Below, piece by piece: positions 61,580 through 64,000 of a DNA stretch of 64,000 bases (within the stretch, counting starts at the first letter, position 1; each line of letters opens with the position of its first letter). The position numbers and the translations under genes were made by a program. Origin of the DNA: Spirochaetota bacterium (GTDB taxonomy: Bacteria; Spirochaetota; UBA6919; CBDBPB01); contig CBDBPB010000006.1 of NCBI GenBank assembly GCA_965208615.1, positions 32,001 through 96,000 on the forward strand, in the 5' to 3' direction. Below the pieces are notes generated by a model, which worked only from the letters and a program-made list of their open reading frames with translations, was not told the origin of the DNA and ran no database searches.

Positions 61580-62023
61580 ATGAAAGTTAAAATTGATAAT
61601 ATAAAAATAAAGAATCGTATTCGTGAAAATATGGGGGACTTAATTGGACTAGAAGAATCTATTAAAACTTACGGATTATTAAACCCTATACTTATTAGTC
61701 AAAATTATGAACTCTTAGCAGGTGCAAGACGTTTGCTGGTCTGTAGGCACATGGGATGGAAAGAAATTGAAGTAAATATTATAAATATAACTGGAGAACT
61801 TGATAAACTCGAAATCGAAAGTCATGAAAACTTGATGAGAAAAGACTTTGCCCAAGATGAAATTAATAAGATTATTAATAAGAAGGTAAAGTTGTTAAAA
61901 AAAGGTGTTTTTTATTCAACTATAAGATTTTTTAAAAGGATGTTTTCTTCAATTTCATTGTTTTTCTCAAAGGTTTTTAAAAAAACTCGCTCGATTAGTA
62001 GTGATAAATCTAATTATAGTTAA
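61580..62023 (+). CDS. ParB/Srx N-terminal domain protein
   Basis: LEESIKTYGLLNPILI..LLAGARRL..ENLMRKDF; no HTH evident. Confidence 0.85.
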   Translation: MKVKIDNIKIKNRIRENMGDLIGLEESIKTYGLLNPILISQNYELLAGARRLLVCRHMGWKEIEVNIINITGELDKLEIESHENLMRKDFAQDEINKIINKKVKLLKKGVFYSTIRFFKRMFSSISLFFSKVFKKTRSISSDKSNYS

Positions 62024-62082
62024 CTTATAAGCCTATTATTAACGTTTTTGTATAACTATATATTGTTTTTGGTTGGGGATAT

Positions 62083-63276
62083 ATGAAGGTTTTGGCAATT
62101 ATTTTAGCAGGCGGTAAAAGAAAAGAGTTAAGACAGCTTGTGGATAATAGATGTAAGGCGGCTGTTCCGTTTTTAGGTAAGTACAGAGTTATTGATTTTG
62201 TGCTGTCTAACTGCCTAAACTCTGGTATTAGACACGTTAATATTATAGTGCAACATAAATTTAGCTCTTTACAAAAACATATTAGGGATGGTTGGTCTGT
62301 ATACTCCACTACTACAGGGGAGTATATTGATGTTTATCCTCCTCAGCAGAGGTATGGAGAAAGCTGGTATAGAGGTTCTGCTGACTCTGTATACCAGAAT
62401 ATGTATACTATTGAAAATGAAAATCCTGACTATGTCCTTACTCTATCTGGAGATCATATTTATAAGATGAACTATAGGAAGCTTATAGATTTTCATATAA
62501 CTAAAAAGGCTGATTTAACTATTGCAAGTGTACCTGTTCCTTTAAGTCACTCTAGTAAGTTTGGCGTTATGAAGGTGGGTGAGCATGATCGTGTTTTGGA
62601 TTTTAAAGAAAAACCTAGAGATTATGACTGTCAAGGAGGACAGTGTTTAGCATCTATGGGTTTATACATTTTTTCTACGAATGTTTTAAGGAATATTTTT
62701 AAAGAAAAGGGTATTTTTAATGATAATAACTTAAAAGATGAAATGATTGGCTTTGGTAGTCATATTATTCCGAAAATAGTATCGGATCATAGGGTGTTTA
62801 CTTATAAGTTTGTAAATCCTGATGGCTCCTCTAAATATTGGAACTATTTAGGTAGTCTAAAAGAGTATTATAATGGCAATATGGCTATCTTGAATAGAAG
62901 CTGCGATGTTAATCTATATGATGCAGATTGGCCTTTTCATACTTTTCAGAGTCAGAGTCCGCCGACTAGAACCTTTTCTAAGGAGAATTTAATTTATAAT
63001 TCTTTAATATCTAGTGGGGGCTTAATAGAGGGTGAAGTAAATAATTCTATTTTGGGTACAAACGTTACCATTGAGCCAGGGGCTAACATTGAGGATTCTA
63101 TATTATTTGATAATGTTTGTGTAAAAAGTGGAGCTAAAATAAAAAAAGCCGTTATTGATAAGGATATTACAGTGTCGAACGCGTTAAATGCAAACAACCT
63201 TGAAGGCTGGAGCGAATATACGGTTACTAATGATAATATTGTTGTTATAGGTAAGGGAGCTAAATATACTAACTAA
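62083..63276 (+). CDS. Glucose-1-phosphate adenylyltransferase family protein (divergent GlgC or GlgD-like)
   Basis: ILAGG, AVPFLGKYRVIDF.LSNC.NSG, WYRGSADSVYQN, LSGDHIYKMNY, FKEKP, C-terminal beta-helix. Confidence 0.85.
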   Translation: MKVLAIILAGGKRKELRQLVDNRCKAAVPFLGKYRVIDFVLSNCLNSGIRHVNIIVQHKFSSLQKHIRDGWSVYSTTTGEYIDVYPPQQRYGESWYRGSADSVYQNMYTIENENPDYVLTLSGDHIYKMNYRKLIDFHITKKADLTIASVPVPLSHSSKFGVMKVGEHDRVLDFKEKPRDYDCQGGQCLASMGLYIFSTNVLRNIFKEKGIFNDNNLKDEMIGFGSHIIPKIVSDHRVFTYKFVNPDGSSKYWNYLGSLKEYYNGNMAILNRSCDVNLYDADWPFHTFQSQSPPTRTFSKENLIYNSLISSGGLIEGEVNNSILGTNVTIEPGANIEDSILFDNVCVKSGAKIKKAVIDKDITVSNALNANNLEGWSEYTVTNDNIVVIGKGAKYTN

Positions 63277-63281
63277 AAATT

Positions 63282-64000
63282 ATGATAAATAGAATTTTCT
63301 CTGGTATTCAGCCAAGTGGAGAGCTTCATGTTGGTAATTATTTAGGGGCTATAAAAAACTGGGTATCTTTATCCAATCAGTATAAGTGTATTTTTTCTAT
63401 TGTTGATTACCATGCAATTACTATCAATTATGATATTGCCTTAATGGGTAAAAGAATATGGAACGCTGTATTAGATAATATTGCATGTGGTATTGATCCT
63501 AATAAAACTTTATTATTTATACAATCTCATGTTCCTGAGCATACTGAATTAGCATGGATATTAAGCTCTATAACCTCTATTGGTGATCTTGAACGTATGA
63601 CGCAATATAAGGATAAGGCTAAGCATAATAAGGATAATATAAATGCTGGTTTATTTACTTATCCTATTCTCCAAACTGCAGATATTATATTATATAAGGC
63701 TGATGGTGTTCCAGTAGGGGAAGATCAGGTTCAGCATATTGAGTTAGCTAGGGAAATTGTTAGAAGTTTTAATAGGCGGTATTCTAAGGTGTTTCCTGAG
63801 CCTAAAGAGATTTTATCTAAGGGTACTCGTATTTACGGACTTGACGGCAAAGCCAAAATGAGTAAGAGTATGAATAATTATATATCCCTTAATGAGTCAA
63901 GGGATAGCCTTAAAAAAAAGGTTATGTCTGCTGTTACTGATGAAAATAGAAAGCTTAGAACCGATAAAGGTAATCCTGATATTTGCAATATTTTTTCTAT
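63282..64000 (+). CDS. trpS: Tryptophan--tRNA ligase, 5' part (runs off the window; absent from the ORF track)
   Basis: Hand translation gives MINRIFSGIQPSGELHVGNYLGA..DYHAIT..YPILQTADI..VPVGEDQVQHIEL..KMSKS. Confidence 0.95.
   Translation, partial: MINRIFSGIQPSGELHVGNYLGAIKNWVSLSNQYKCIFSIVDYHAITINYDIALMGKRIWNAVLDNIACGIDPNKTLLFIQSHVPEHTELAWILSSITSIGDLERMTQYKDKAKHNKDNINAGLFTYPILQTADIILYKADGVPVGEDQVQHIELAREIVRSFNRRYSKVFPEPKEILSKGTRIYGLDGKAKMSKSMNNYISLNESRDSLKKKVMSAVTDENRKLRTDKGNPDICNIFS

Noticed and set aside
2368-63197. Short antisense or overlapping ORFs in the track (e.g. 2368..2607, 10284..10793, 17540..17938, 19968..20405, 27166..27687, 43692..44066, 56835..57137)
   Set aside because: They are shadows of well-supported genes on the other strand or frame and have no motifs

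Overview
Gene-dense, very AT-rich bacterial chromosome segment (roughly 30% GC by eye, not computed). The host is probably a spirochaete or similar LPS-containing diderm. This is inferred from lpxC, many lipobox proteins, an LRR lipoprotein, a FliY-like N-terminus on FliN and strong strand-linked codon bias. Housekeeping genes include argF (partial), rlmN, rnr, ddl, secA, nth, lpxC, a phosphohexomutase, rdgB, leuA, rpmB, an FtsI-type PBP, fliN, murB, a glgC-like gene, trpS (partial) and one tRNA(CAT). Accessory content includes a complete Campylobacterota-type napAGHBFLD nitrate reductase operon, an Fe-S oxidoreductase/DUF3501 pair without its usual rubrerythrin, a TAXI-TRAP transporter and several signalling proteins. 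No CRISPR array, prophage or transposase was seen. Several genes are broken by single-base indels, mostly in homopolymer runs, which probably reflects long-read errors. The most interesting observations are: (1) a four-gene locus built around a Cache-HAMP-MFS-DUF5939-pseudo-cyclase fusion, an orphan solute-binding protein and an active adenylate cyclase (candidate transceptor signalling system); (2) an unannotated Leu-rich leader peptide and anti-SD hairpin upstream of leuA; (3) a degenerate ~230-bp intergenic repeat in two long copies and one partial copy; (4) an ATP-grasp ligase fused to an Fe-S/FMN hydroxy-acid dehydrogenase next to murB.
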